Positions 18,242-29,398 of a DNA stretch of 64,000 nucleotides are shown here, piece by piece. The DNA comes from a virus. A model generated the notes under the pieces. That model searched no databases, was not told the DNA's origin, and saw only the letters and a program-made list of their open reading frames with translations. Location: IMG/VR virus record IMGVR_UViG_3300025383_000010. One strand, written 5' to 3'. Numbering within the stretch: the stretch's first letter is position 1; each line of letters opens with the position of its first letter. A program made the translations under genes and the position numbers.

Positions 18242-19678
18242 ATGGATACCAGAGATATTTACAAACTCGTAAGAGAACTAAGTGAAGAACGTGATGATGT
18301 CATCAATCTGCATGACAGCATGGATATTGAACTTAATGAGGGCTTTGTAATTGAAACCGGGGTAGTTGGTTTCACAGAAGACGGCGTTATCGTTCATCTT
18401 GACGAAGATGCTATGGAGTTTCTTGACTTTAACGGTGTCCTACTTGAATCCGAAGAACTAAACGAATCTCACGACGAATCTCCTGCATATGGTGCTACTT
18501 TAGGTCGTATTATGCGTATGCATACTGACCTTCTATCAAAGTATGGTCCTGCTGCTGTTATGGCTGCTGTAGAAGATGTAACTGGTCATTTAACTGACCT
18601 AGAAGAAATTGGCTCAAGCGATGTTAGTATCTGGGTGAGAGAAGTTATCAAGGACCTAGAAGCTGGACACTACAAGGATCTCCATGAGGATAGCGAAGCC
18701 GATGTTGACTCCTTTAAAGCTAAGGTGGCAGCAAGCGAAGATGCATTTGATATGATATATGATGCTATCTCTGGCAATTATGGCGAAGAAATTCGTAAAG
18801 CTATCCAAGAAATGTATGATGATGTAGTTATTGATAGTCAGGGCAGATTACACCCAGATGATGACTTTGAAGAAATTATCGGTCGTGTAGTTGATCATAT
18901 TGATGCCGAGAGTGGTGATATGAGCCTAAGCAATGACCACGCTGCTATGAGAGATATAATGTGGCATCCTGGAAAAATTGATGAACTTGCTGCTATTAAG
19001 AAGCTAGCATTAGGGGAAAGCTGGGCGCATAGCGATCACAACGATCCTAGATATGACGATGATTCAACTGACCCATCAGTGTCAGCTAGAGATAAGGCCC
19101 GAGCGCAAGCAAGACGCCGTGCAGAGGACGATGGCTGGGGAACAGATGATGAGCGTGAAAATGATGCTGAACTTGATGAGGGCCTCGGAAAGATGCTTCT
19201 AGGCGGTGCTGCGCTCATTGCTGCTCTCACTGGAATCAACAAGTATGAAGCCAGTCAGATGATGAAGAATGACCCTCAGCTTGCTAAGTTGGCTCACTTC
19301 CGTGAAGTCGCACAGCAAAAAGGCGACGATGCAAAGGTTCAAGAGCTTGATGACAGAATCAAGACTACAATGGATCACTTGACAGTAACCGGTGACGAAG
19401 TTCGTGATGAAATGGGTCGTCCAATTGATCCTGTATACGAAGCCGAATATCAAGGTCGCAAAGTTCCTCTTGGCAAGCCAATGCAGGGCGATGTCAAAAA
19501 GTCAAAGGTCTATGTTCGCAAGCCAAATGGCAAGGTCGTAAAGGTTAACTTTGGCGACAAGAACATGCGTATCAAGAAGAACAGCCCAGGACACCGCAAG
19601 AGCTTCCGCGCTCGTCACCACTGCGAGAATCCGGGACCACGCTGGAAAGCAAGATATTGGTCATGCAGAGCATGGTAA
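18242..19678 (+). CDS. Acidic multi-segment protein, probable virion internal protein
   Basis: Late promoter at 18214; repeated L-x-E sites; basic C-terminal domain ending RYWSCRAW. Confidence 0.65.
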   Translation: MDTRDIYKLVRELSEERDDVINLHDSMDIELNEGFVIETGVVGFTEDGVIVHLDEDAMEFLDFNGVLLESEELNESHDESPAYGATLGRIMRMHTDLLSKYGPAAVMAAVEDVTGHLTDLEEIGSSDVSIWVREVIKDLEAGHYKDLHEDSEADVDSFKAKVAASEDAFDMIYDAISGNYGEEIRKAIQEMYDDVVIDSQGRLHPDDDFEEIIGRVVDHIDAESGDMSLSNDHAAMRDIMWHPGKIDELAAIKKLALGESWAHSDHNDPRYDDDSTDPSVSARDKARAQARRRAEDDGWGTDDERENDAELDEGLGKMLLGGAALIAALTGINKYEASQMMKNDPQLAKLAHFREVAQQKGDDAKVQELDDRIKTTMDHLTVTGDEVRDEMGRPIDPVYEAEYQGRKVPLGKPMQGDVKKSKVYVRKPNGKVVKVNFGDKNMRIKKNSPGHRKSFRARHHCENPGPRWKARYWSCRAW

Positions 19679-19714
19679 AAATGTTTGGCTTGATTACAAG
19701 CCGTTAAATAATAC

Positions 19715-19897
19715 ATGACCAATAGTTCCAACAATGTTAGATATGAGGTTATCACTCAGGAAGATCCTGAGTCAGGTGACCTCATTATTCCTATTCCGAT
19801 TCCAGTTCTCAAAAAGATGGGCTGGAAAGATGGAGATGAAGTCTCTATCGCCGTTGATGAAAACGGCCAGTTATATCTAAAGAAAGCAGACAAATGA
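19715..19897 (+). CDS. AbrB/MazE-like DNA-binding protein
   Basis: GDLIIPIP..VLKKMGWKDGDEV. Confidence 0.7.
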   Translation: MTNSSNNVRYEVITQEDPESGDLIIPIPIPVLKKMGWKDGDEVSIAVDENGQLYLKKADK

Positions 19898-20433
19898 ACG
19901 ATGATGACAGCATCCTAGACTTAGATAGTCTATGGGAAGAGGATGCCAATACATTAACTGATTCGACCTATTCCAATACTATTTCAAGTGCCTTGGGCAA
20001 CGCAACTACATTAAGTACTTCACTATCAGGCGGATATGCACTCGGTTCTTTAGGAACAGTAACGGCAAGCGGTACAGTTGGAGCAACATTATCTACTAGC
20101 AACACCGGAAGTCTATTGTGGAATAACCCTACTTACACTGCTACTGCAAGTCCATACGCAAATGCAACAAATAATTGGACTACTTATACGCAGCCGCAAG
20201 TTCTAAAAGTTAATGGTGACGCTGAGTTTGACGGTGATGTTAAGATTAAAGGCGTAAGCATAGGTCATCTAAATGATAGACTTGACGCTATTGAAGAACG
20301 ATTGGGTATCCTACGCCCAAACAATGACCTTGAAGGTAAGTGGGAAAAATTGAAAGCTCTCGGTGATGAGTACCGTAGACTAGAAAAAGAAATCTTGGAG
20401 AAAGAAAATATGTGGGACATACTAAAGAAGTGA
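19894..20433 (+). CDS. Hypothetical protein (Thr/Ser-rich, C-terminal coiled coil)
   Basis: ORF track. Confidence 0.7.
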   Translation: MNDDDSILDLDSLWEEDANTLTDSTYSNTISSALGNATTLSTSLSGGYALGSLGTVTASGTVGATLSTSNTGSLLWNNPTYTATASPYANATNNWTTYTQPQVLKVNGDAEFDGDVKIKGVSIGHLNDRLDAIEERLGILRPNNDLEGKWEKLKALGDEYRRLEKEILEKENMWDILKK

Positions 20434-20436
20434 TTT

Positions 20437-20652
20437 ATGGCTAAAGACGATACATTAAAGATGGAAGGAGAAATTGTAGACGTACTACCGAATGCAACGT
20501 TCAAAGTTAAACTTGAGAACGGGCTAGTGGTATTCAGCTACCTCGCAGGTAAGATGAGGCAGCATCAGATTCGTATCCTTATGGGAGATAAAGTTGACGT
20601 AGAACTTACCCCATATGATCTGTCCAAGGGACGCATAGTTAGACGCAAGTAA
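20437..20652 (+). CDS. infA: Translation initiation factor IF-1
   Basis: [19 protein letters not shown]...GKMR...[21 protein letters not shown]. Confidence 0.95.
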   Translation: MAKDDTLKMEGEIVDVLPNATFKVKLENGLVVFSYLAGKMRQHQIRILMGDKVDVELTPYDLSKGRIVRRK

Positions 20653-20666
20653 CGATAAATACTCTC

Positions 20667-21227
20667 ATGCTAGAATTTATTAAAATGCTTGAGGGTAAAT
20701 CTAAACCTAAACCCAGCGATTTAGAAATCATACCCCTAAACTTCACACAGCGTGAGGTGTCTCCAGTCATGGGCAAAGACACATTAGAGTTGCACTATGA
20801 TAAGCTAGCTAAGGGTTATGCAAAACGATACAACGACAAAGAAGGCGACCGCGAGTTCAACTACGCGGGTGTATTCCTGCATAATATTTGGTTTACTCAG
20901 TTCCGAGAAGTGCGTAACACCAATAAACCTAACGGCCCGATGCTTACCTTCATCAACAGACACTTTGGTAGTTACGAAGACTTCAAGCGACAGTTCCTAG
21001 AGGAAGCATTGAAAATACAAGGATCGGGCTGGATTTATTTAGCGTATGATGGAAAGATCAAGACGATTGAGAACCATGCTGTTAGAGACGATATTATATT
21101 ACTCGTTGACTGGTGGGAACATTCGTTCGTTCTAGATTACGGGAGTGACAAGAAAAAATACTTGTCTGAGCTTTGGAAGATCATTAATTGGAATGTGATT
21201 AATACGAGGTGGGGCCGATCGTTATAG
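20667..21227 (+). CDS. Fe/Mn superoxide dismutase (divergent)
   Basis: LHY, LHN, QGSGW, DWWEHSF. Confidence 0.85.
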   Translation: MLEFIKMLEGKSKPKPSDLEIIPLNFTQREVSPVMGKDTLELHYDKLAKGYAKRYNDKEGDREFNYAGVFLHNIWFTQFREVRNTNKPNGPMLTFINRHFGSYEDFKRQFLEEALKIQGSGWIYLAYDGKIKTIENHAVRDDIILLVDWWEHSFVLDYGSDKKKYLSELWKIINWNVINTRWGRSL

Positions 21228-21229
21228 GC

Positions 21230-21300
21230 ATAAATAAAGATGTAGTTCGCGGGATTGGCGTCCCCAACTACTCTAATGCTATAGAGGAGCATCAGCTATG
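21230..21300 (+). promoter_or_regulatory. Late promoter plus structured leader of HNH gene (copy 1)
   Basis: ATAAATA; GTAGTT/AACTAC stem; GGAGCATCAGCTATG; homologous to 63395-63465. Confidence 0.75.
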
Positions 21301-21747
21301 TGTATTTATTGCGGTACAAAACACCATCGTAAGATTTATAAAGAACACTTCGGTCCTATTCCAAAAGGTATGGACATCCATCATATAGATGGAAATCACG
21401 CAAACAACGATCCTAACAACTTAAAAGCAGTCACCGTCAGAGAACATTACGATATTCATTATTCTCAGGGCGATTACGGCGCGGCATATATGGTCGCCAA
21501 AAGACTAATATTGACCGAAGAAGAAAGAAGTCATATCGCATCTCTTGCTGCCAAAAAGGCAAATGCTGAAGGTAAAGCAGGATTTGGTATGGGACATGCA
21601 AGTGAAGCCGGAAAGATCGGCGGCAAAAAAGGCGGGGCCTCTGCTAAAGAGAACAAAACTGGAATCTTCAACCTAACTCCTGAACAGCATAAAATTAGAC
21701 ACCGAAACTCAGTGCTGTCCCGTCTGCGTAATGCGGGAAAACTATAA
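21298..21747 (+). CDS. HNH homing endonuclease
   Basis: GPIPKG.DIHHIDGNHANNDPNNL.....EHYDIH. Confidence 0.9.
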   Translation: MCIYCGTKHHRKIYKEHFGPIPKGMDIHHIDGNHANNDPNNLKAVTVREHYDIHYSQGDYGAAYMVAKRLILTEEERSHIASLAAKKANAEGKAGFGMGHASEAGKIGGKKGGASAKENKTGIFNLTPEQHKIRHRNSVLSRLRNAGKL

Positions 21748-21757
21748 ATACAATACT

Positions 21758-22459
21758 ATGAAGATAAATGAAATCTTAACTGAATCTACTGTAGATGAGA
21801 TGGCTCTCCCTGCTGATTGGGATCCTGCAGCACTTGGTCACGATAAGACGTTCAAGAGCCGCCTAGATTATGCTCTACAACGTGCCCGTAGACTTGGTGG
21901 CGGTTCTAGTAGAGTTGCATTCGTCATTCCCGACAATGGACGCGACACAGTGCTTAAAATCGCTAAGAACCGTAAAGGATTAGCTCAAAACGAAGCTGAG
22001 TTAGAAGTACTAGATGATGGCTACTTAGGTAAATTAGACATCGTTATTCCTATAGTAGACTACGACAAACAGAACCCAACTCCCACGTGGATTCAAACAG
22101 AGCTAGCAAATAAGGTAAGTCAAGCTAAGTTAGCAAAGATGCTACACGCTAATGGTCGCTGGCCAATGACCAGTTTTCTGTACGCAGTCGATAACGTATT
22201 AGGAAAAAGAAAACCAAACAGCTGGATACCCGATCTAGCAACCATCAAAAAAGAAATGATCGAGGCAGGTAGCACCGAGCAAGACATTGACATATTCTTA
22301 GATTATGTTAATCAAGTAGCAGATTTGGTCAATTCGTCTAACTTGTTGCCGGCTGATTTCGGAAACGCAGCCAACTGGGGCGAGTATCAAGGTCGTCCGG
22401 TTATTATTGACTTAGGATATACTCACGCAGTTCATGATTTGTATTGGGGAAGAAGATGA
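21758..22459 (+). CDS. Protein-kinase-like fold protein
   Basis: GGGSSRVAF, VLKIA, N..E, DF...NWG, IIDLG. Confidence 0.65.
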   Translation: MKINEILTESTVDEMALPADWDPAALGHDKTFKSRLDYALQRARRLGGGSSRVAFVIPDNGRDTVLKIAKNRKGLAQNEAELEVLDDGYLGKLDIVIPIVDYDKQNPTPTWIQTELANKVSQAKLAKMLHANGRWPMTSFLYAVDNVLGKRKPNSWIPDLATIKKEMIEAGSTEQDIDIFLDYVNQVADLVNSSNLLPADFGNAANWGEYQGRPVIIDLGYTHAVHDLYWGRR

Positions 22460-22878
22460 GAGCAACAGAGTTCATAATTGAAGAACCCATCAAACTCAGA
22501 GGCTTTGGACCATCCGAGAAATCTAAAGAATGGGTTGCGAAAGTAAATGATATGTTCCCTGAAAGTCCATTAAGTCGTAACAACAGAATCATGACTTTTG
22601 GACAAGGTAATGACATGTCTATCGTGCAGTTTGAACTTGTTCCCAAGCAACAGAACAAAGTAGAAGTCAAATGGATTCAGGCTACTCCAATGCGTACCGG
22701 CGCTGGTTCAAAGGCAATGAAGATATTACAGGATTTGGCACAACAAGATGGTATCACACTTACTTTGTTCCCATGGGATAAAGGTGCAGTATCACAAGCC
22801 AAGCTAATCAAGTTCTACAAAAAGCAAGGGTTCAACCCAATTGGGAAATCCAAAAACATGATTTGGGAGCCCAAGTAA
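22456..22878 (+). CDS. GNAT-like acetyltransferase
   Basis: R.GAGSKAM (motif A) and LIKFYKKQGF. Confidence 0.65.
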   Translation: MRATEFIIEEPIKLRGFGPSEKSKEWVAKVNDMFPESPLSRNNRIMTFGQGNDMSIVQFELVPKQQNKVEVKWIQATPMRTGAGSKAMKILQDLAQQDGITLTLFPWDKGAVSQAKLIKFYKKQGFNPIGKSKNMIWEPK

Positions 22879-22918
22879 CTAGCCCTTTTTGATAAATACT
22901 ATCAAATAAGGACTAGAG

Positions 22919-25090
22919 ATGAGCATTTCCGGACAACAAACAATTAACATTGGGCTACCGAATGAGTCCACAGCCAGTGACTCATTATACACCGCCTTCA
23001 CCAAATCACAAGAAAACTTTACGCAACTTTTCACTTGTGCAAGCCCCTATACGAACTTTGTGGGCGGCACCGGAATCTCTACTGCCAATAACGCTTCGAA
23101 TGGTACAGTAACTATTACTAACACCGGTGTTACTAGCATCATTGCAGGCACCAACGTCACTATAAGTAGTGCAAACGGTGCAGTCACTATTTCTGCTACT
23201 GGTGGTGGAGGTGGAGGTGGCGGCACTGTAACTAGTGTTGGTCTTGCTCCAGTATCATCATCTAGATTAGTAGTCACTAATTCACCGATCGTATCATCAG
23301 GAACTATTGGTATTGATCTTGCTACAAGCGGGGCGACAGCAGGCACATATACGAATCCAAACGTAACGGTTGACACATATGGTAGAGTTACTAGTATTTC
23401 AAGTGGTCCAGCTTCGGGTACTGTTACTAGTGTTGGATTAACTGCTGGGCCCGGAGTGCAGATCAATGGTGGTCCTGTTACTACTAGTGGTAACATTGTT
23501 GTTACTAACACCGGTGTTCTCAAGCTCACTTCTGGTACAGGCATCAATCTTACTGGACAGACTGGAAATATCACTGTATCATTAGATGGATCATATCAGG
23601 GTACAGTAACAAGTGTTGGAATCTATAGTACATCACTTAATGTTACTAGTAGCCCGGTTACCACATCCGGTACTATAAGAGTAGAATTACCTGATAGCCC
23701 ATCCGTTGCTGGCACATTTACTGCTGGAAATCTTACTACAGCAGGTACATTGAATGTAACCGGTACGTCTACATTTGGTAATATCCAATTAGGTAATAGT
23801 ATAGTTAGTGGAAATATATCTGCTGGTAATGTCTATGCAAACTCAGGAACAGTAAGTGCGTCATTATTAGCCGGCACATTAACAACTGCGGCACAACCAA
23901 ATATTACAAGTGTTGGTACCTTAGGAACATTAACAGTAACTGGCAATATATCAGGCGGCAATGTCAACGGTGGCAATCTAGTAACTGCTAATTATTTCAC
24001 TGGTTCAGGACAATATCTCACTGCTATACAAGCATCAAGTGTTACTGGTGTAGTTGCCGCAGCATCGAATGCTACTAGAGTATTAACCGCATTGCAATCA
24101 ACAGGCACATATTATCTGCCGTTTATTTCTGCTACAGCTGGAGCTAACTATAGCTTAGCTTCAAACAGTGCATTCAGTGCAAATCTAGCGAACGGTGCTT
24201 TGACTGCTACTACATTCGTAGGTTCATTAAGTGGAACTGCAACATCTGCTACAACAGCAGGTACAGTCACAGCTAGCGCACAATCAAGTATTACCTCAGT
24301 TGGTACATTGTCAAGTCTTACTGTAGCCGGCAATATTGCGGCAGGAAATGCCAACTTAGGTAATCTTGTTAAAGCTAATTACTTCCAAGGAGACGGTAGT
24401 CTTCTATCCAACATTACAGTAAGTGCAGGTACTTCTATTGTTAATGGCACATCCAACGTTTCTATTGATACTAATGGAAATATTAGATCAAGTGTTTCTG
24501 GAAACGCTAACGTTCTTGTAGTAACAGGCACTGGCGCTAATATAACAGGCACACTCAATGCAACGGGTAATGCTAATGTAGGCAACATCGGTACAAATAA
24601 TGTAGTTGCAACTAGCTTAACTGGTACAGTTGCAACCGCAACACAAACTAGTATTACTTCAGTTGGTACACTAACTGGTCTTACTGTAGGTGGCGCTGCT
24701 GCTTTCAATGCTAATATTGCAATGAGCAATAACTATATTAACATGCCCATATTTAGCTGTTACAAAGAATACGTGACTGCGCTCTCTGTTAGTGGATCTT
24801 CACAGACCCTTGACCTGTCTACTACAAATGTCTTCAACGTGACGTTAAGTTCCAATACTACATTAGTATTTGCCAATCCGCCTGCATCCGGTATTGCTTA
24901 TAGCTTCATGGTATACTGCAAACAAGACGCAACTGGTGGCAGAGTTATTACATGGGGAAATACTATTAGATGGCCTAACGGATCAGTTCCAGTAAACTCA
25001 ACCGGTGCAAACAAAATTGATGTTTATAACTTCTTCACTTTAGACGGGGGCGCTACTTATATAGGTGCTCTATCACTTGCTAACATGTAA
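22919..25090 (+). CDS. Tail fibre/virion fibre protein
   Basis: Gly/Thr/Asn-rich repeats (GTVTSVG, AQPNITSVGTL); C-terminal QDATGGR..W...W domain. Confidence 0.75.
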   Translation: MSISGQQTINIGLPNESTASDSLYTAFTKSQENFTQLFTCASPYTNFVGGTGISTANNASNGTVTITNTGVTSIIAGTNVTISSANGAVTISATGGGGGGGGTVTSVGLAPVSSSRLVVTNSPIVSSGTIGIDLATSGATAGTYTNPNVTVDTYGRVTSISSGPASGTVTSVGLTAGPGVQINGGPVTTSGNIVVTNTGVLKLTSGTGINLTGQTGNITVSLDGSYQGTVTSVGIYSTSLNVTSSPVTTSGTIRVELPDSPSVAGTFTAGNLTTAGTLNVTGTSTFGNIQLGNSIVSGNISAGNVYANSGTVSASLLAGTLTTAAQPNITSVGTLGTLTVTGNISGGNVNGGNLVTANYFTGSGQYLTAIQASSVTGVVAAASNATRVLTALQSTGTYYLPFISATAGANYSLASNSAFSANLANGALTATTFVGSLSGTATSATTAGTVTASAQSSITSVGTLSSLTVAGNIAAGNANLGNLVKANYFQGDGSLLSNITVSAGTSIVNGTSNVSIDTNGNIRSSVSGNANVLVVTGTGANITGTLNATGNANVGNIGTNNVVATSLTGTVATATQTSITSVGTLTGLTVGGAAAFNANIAMSNNYINMPIFSCYKEYVTALSVSGSSQTLDLSTTNVFNVTLSSNTTLVFANPPASGIAYSFMVYCKQDATGGRVITWGNTIRWPNGSVPVNSTGANKIDVYNFFTLDGGATYIGALSLANM

Positions 25091-25103
25091 CCTAGGATAA
25101 ATT

Positions 25104-28100
25104 ATGATTGAAAGCGTTAAAATCACGAGCTTGAACAATATAGGATCTAACCTATCCTATTCATCTATCTTCCCTGTAGTAGATGTATCGGGCACTCCTA
25201 TTACTGATAAAGCTAATCTACAAATCATCGGTAACTATATCTTAAGTCAAGCAGGTGGTGCAAATATGGTTCAGGCTGCTCAGGCTACTCTTGCTCAAGC
25301 AGTTGTCAACTCTGCACAACCAAACATCACTAGCGTCGGTACACTAAGCATTAATACGCTACATATCTCAGGTGGTACTAATGGTCAGTATCTACAAACA
25401 GATGGTACTGGAAATCTAAATTGGGTATCGGGCGGCGGATCAGGCAACGGCACAGTAGGTGGTGCAACTGGTCAGATTCAGTTCAACAATGCAGGACACT
25501 TTGGTGGCAGCACTAACTTAACTTGGGATCAAGCAAATGCATTACTAGGAGCCACAAACTTTGTTGCGTCTCACGCTACAATCTATGGTAATGTTGATTC
25601 AGTAAATCTAAATGCTTCAGGTAACGTAAGAACGGGAGCTATCTACACTGATCACTATTACTATGCTAATGGTTATGTGTTTGGTGGCGGCGGAGGTGGT
25701 ACTCCAGGTGGTGTATCTACTCAAGTACAGTTTAATGATGCAGGTGCGTTCGCTGGCAATACCGGATTCACTTTTAACAAGACAACTGGCGTATTGAATG
25801 TTACTCATTTATCAGGTGAAGGTGGAAATCTCAGCAACATTCAAGGCTCAAATGTCTCGGGTACTGTTGCTTATGCTGCTGTTGCTAACTCGGTAGCAGG
25901 TGCAAATGTTTCAGGTCAAGTATCACATGCTGCGGCAGCAAACAGTGTAGCTGTAGCAAACGTTGTTGGTTTAGGTAATATTGCTACAGTTGCATTAGAT
26001 GGTAGTAGCAGTCACGTACTCTATGGAAATGGACAATGGGCTGCGGCTAGTAGTGCTAACGTAGGTAACTTTGCTTTTGACAGCACTGATGTAGACGGCA
26101 CTACCTATGATGAAATTGTATTAACAGGTACAAACAGTGGAAACATACTGGTAAACGCTGATAACTTAGTAATGATATCAGGTTCTTATGAATCTGATGG
26201 CTTAATAGCCGGTGGTGGTAATGTTTACCTATTCAACGGTGACCCTACATATGCTAACGGCATACCGCAGCCAGGCGTAGGTCACATATGGCAATTTGAC
26301 GATACGGGTAATACAACTTTACCTACTGGTGCAGCTATAGCAAACATCTCTGGCTTTGGCCCAGGACTGTCTACATTCTTCGGTGATGCTAATGGTGCTA
26401 CATTTGGTACTGGTCCAGGTAATGATATTACTTTCACCCCTGCCGATGGTGCTGCTATTTACTCTAATGGTTTCATGTGGACTTTTAGTACAGATGGTAA
26501 CTTGACTACTCCAGGTAACATTACTGGTGCTAATGTAATTGAAGCAAATACATTCTTAGGTACAGGTAACTTAAAACTTCAACCAGATCCAAACAATAAT
26601 GGAGCATATTTAGATGTATATCTAACAAGTGGACCTGATGTTCACATTGCAGGTAACGGTGAAACTGTTATTGTTGGTAGTGATGCCGGTGCTAATGTCT
26701 CTGTTCAGGCTTCAGGTAATGTTGCTATTCAAGCTAATGCTGTATTTGGCGGCACTCCACGCACTTGGATGTTTGATTATAATGGTAACTTAACATTACC
26801 GCAACTTACAACAATCAATGATGTAAGTGGCACCGGCACTACATTAACAGTGGGTGTTCCACCTACAGTAATAGTTATCAGTGGTGCAGATTTTGTTGCA
26901 GTGAATACTACTTATACTAGAGACTTTGGTCAAGCAACACCAACTTGGTACCCAGCCGGTTATACGCCGGGTGTTAATCCTTATATAATGTTTACAGGTG
27001 GTCAATATGGGATTTATAATCCAGGCTTTGTCCCACCGCTTTATATCAACACCGGTACATTAAATATACCACTAATACAATGGAATCTAAATCCTCCATT
27101 AGGTAGCATTGCACCTACAGCAGTATATACATATGGTTCTACAGGTCCCGCTTGGAAATTTGATCCAACTGGTAATCTAAAATTGCCAGGTGTATTAGTA
27201 GCACAAGCCAGTGACAATGGTAGTATTATATTCAGCAATAACGGCACAGACACTAACGGCAGCTTTAAAGTTGACGGCGGTCTTAATATGACTATTAGTG
27301 CCAATAGCAACTTTTATGTCAAACGAGCAGGTAGTGATAGACTTGCTATAACTGATACTGATACTACATTGATGGCAGGAGCTAATCTTGTTTTGAAGTC
27401 AAATAAGAATGCCACAGAGAAGGTTTGGACGTTTGATACAACTGGTAACTTAACAGCACCAGGTAATATTACTTCTGGCAATCTTCTAACTAGAACACTG
27501 TATACAGGTGGAGCAACTACTGTCCCAAGTGGTGTCACAATGGACGGTGGTGTTGTTGTAAACGGAAACATTGCAACTGTACTCACTGCAAGTTATCAAG
27601 GAAATGGTTTCTTTGCCATAAATGCTAATACTAGTGTTGCCGGTGCTGGCGACTTATTTGATAGATCAATAAATGGTGGGTGGAGTAGAAACCTAACGTT
27701 AGCTAACGGAAATGTGCAAATCGCTAACTATATTGTATTCAATGACGGATCTTATCAAAACACTGCTCCTATAATATATAACAACAGCAATGTTGCTACT
27801 TTCTTAGCGTCATTTGGTAGTAACACTATCACTACTACAGGCAATATCAAGGCAGGTAATGCCAACGTTACTGGTAATCTAGTATTAGCAAGCACAACAA
27901 ACATTGTGTCTGTATCAGGTAGCAACGGTAATATCACTCTTGATCCAGACGGTACTGGTGTAGTCAATGTTATTGGTAATGTTGTCGCTAATAACTTTAG
28001 TGGCAACATATCTATCACTGGTAATGTTCAAGGTACAAGCCCGAACGTTACTCTTGTTGCTGGAAGTTATTCAGCAACATTTGATAACACTGGCGTGTTA

Positions 28101-28655
28101 ACATTGCCGGCGCAGGGTATAGGTCCTTCTAACGAGGGTGCTGAAATTGATTTCACTAAAGCTCCTAATAGTTCACTGAGTGGTAATGCTGTTATCGTTG
28201 ATCAGTACATTGATAGAATCAGATTCTTTGAAGGCGGCGGTTCTGCTCGCGGTGCTTATATTGATTTGAGTCAAGCAGCGGCAGGTGTAAACACATTACT
28301 AAACAATCGTGTAAGCGGACTAGTGAATGCTGGTACATTTGTAACAATGGACAACCTCAAAGCAACAGTTACAACAAGTGGTCAGCGTGGATTAAGTTTG
28401 GCTGCCGTATCAGGATCGTTTAATATATTGATAGGCAGCAGTTATTCATTGACTGCTAGCACTGGCGGAAATTCAGGAGGCGGTACAGTCAACACCACTC
28501 CAAGTACTTCTCAATTTGGCTATAACTTTACTGGTGCAGGTGACACATCAACATACATTATTACTGACACTACTAACAACAGAGCCTATCGTATCACACT
28601 ACAGATTGGTGCCAGCTACAATAACAACTTGATTACTATTGAGCGATTAGTATGA
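25104..28655 (+). CDS. Long tail fibre-like protein
   Basis: GNV/ANV repeats, repeated W.FD..GNLT.P, QVQFND.G. Confidence 0.75.
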   Translation: MIESVKITSLNNIGSNLSYSSIFPVVDVSGTPITDKANLQIIGNYILSQAGGANMVQAAQATLAQAVVNSAQPNITSVGTLSINTLHISGGTNGQYLQTDGTGNLNWVSGGGSGNGTVGGATGQIQFNNAGHFGGSTNLTWDQANALLGATNFVASHATIYGNVDSVNLNASGNVRTGAIYTDHYYYANGYVFGGGGGGTPGGVSTQVQFNDAGAFAGNTGFTFNKTTGVLNVTHLSGEGGNLSNIQGSNVSGTVAYAAVANSVAGANVSGQVSHAAAANSVAVANVVGLGNIATVALDGSSSHVLYGNGQWAAASSANVGNFAFDSTDVDGTTYDEIVLTGTNSGNILVNADNLVMISGSYESDGLIAGGGNVYLFNGDPTYANGIPQPGVGHIWQFDDTGNTTLPTGAAIANISGFGPGLSTFFGDANGATFGTGPGNDITFTPADGAAIYSNGFMWTFSTDGNLTTPGNITGANVIEANTFLGTGNLKLQPDPNNNGAYLDVYLTSGPDVHIAGNGETVIVGSDAGANVSVQASGNVAIQANAVFGGTPRTWMFDYNGNLTLPQLTTINDVSGTGTTLTVGVPPTVIVISGADFVAVNTTYTRDFGQATPTWYPAGYTPGVNPYIMFTGGQYGIYNPGFVPPLYINTGTLNIPLIQWNLNPPLGSIAPTAVYTYGSTGPAWKFDPTGNLKLPGVLVAQASDNGSIIFSNNGTDTNGSFKVDGGLNMTISANSNFYVKRAGSDRLAITDTDTTLMAGANLVLKSNKNATEKVWTFDTTGNLTAPGNITSGNLLTRTLYTGGATTVPSGVTMDGGVVVNGNIATVLTASYQGNGFFAINANTSVAGAGDLFDRSINGGWSRNLTLANGNVQIANYIVFNDGSYQNTAPIIYNNSNVATFLASFGSNTITTTGNIKAGNANVTGNLVLASTTNIVSVSGSNGNITLDPDGTGVVNVIGNVVANNFSGNISITGNVQGTSPNVTLVAGSYSATFDNTGVLTLPAQGIGPSNEGAEIDFTKAPNSSLSGNAVIVDQYIDRIRFFEGGGSARGAYIDLSQAAAGVNTLLNNRVSGLVNAGTFVTMDNLKATVTTSGQRGLSLAAVSGSFNILIGSSYSLTASTGGNSGGGTVNTTPSTSQFGYNFTGAGDTSTYIITDTTNNRAYRITLQIGASYNNNLITIERLV

Positions 28656-29353
28656 TAATTCAAGGTGTCGCACTTAAAGGTACAAGAGTTGTTGATGCTA
28701 GTATCATCAGGCAAAACCTTGCCATATGGATAGATGCTAACAACTCATCTAGTTATCCCGGTACTGGTACTACGATCACTGACTTGAGCGGTAACGGTAG
28801 AACACAGAATATCATAAACGCTAGTCAATATACTGTATTAAGTGGGGTTAAATGTTTTGACTGTAGTGGTCCTAGTGTGAACAATGCTATATCAGCCGCT
28901 AGTGCAGGGCCAGTGTTACCTACATCAGGCTTTACGTATATTTCATGGGCTAGGATGATTGCTAGTACAGCAAACTATCGTACACTTTTTAGAACCTATC
29001 CCGATGATCATCCATTGTTAATTGGTATAGGCACTAATCAATTAGGAACTTGGGACAACAACGGTACTAACTTTCATTCAGCCGGATATGATGTATCCAG
29101 TCTTGCTAATGTATGGACACAATGGGCAGTGACTGGTGATAGTAGTGGACAAACATTTTATATAAACGGAAAACAAGTAGGTACTACTACAGCGTCATCC
29201 GCAGGTAATAATCACAACATTACAGGCAATGCAAGTGCTCCTGGCGGACAACCATTTGGGTATATTGCTAATATGTTTTTATATACTGCTAAGTTGACAC
29301 AAGAGCAGATACAACAGAACTACTATGGACTGAAAAGCGTGTTTGGTTTGTAA
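28652..29353 (+). CDS. LamG/concanavalin-A-like virion protein
   Basis: WIDA....SYPGTG, FYING, I.QNY. Confidence 0.75.
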   Translation: MIIQGVALKGTRVVDASIIRQNLAIWIDANNSSSYPGTGTTITDLSGNGRTQNIINASQYTVLSGVKCFDCSGPSVNNAISAASAGPVLPTSGFTYISWARMIASTANYRTLFRTYPDDHPLLIGIGTNQLGTWDNNGTNFHSAGYDVSSLANVWTQWAVTGDSSGQTFYINGKQVGTTTASSAGNNHNITGNASAPGGQPFGYIANMFLYTAKLTQEQIQQNYYGLKSVFGL

Positions 29354-29398
29354 CAATACGAATACGATAAATATAGAGAAAGAATCAAAGGATAAGAT

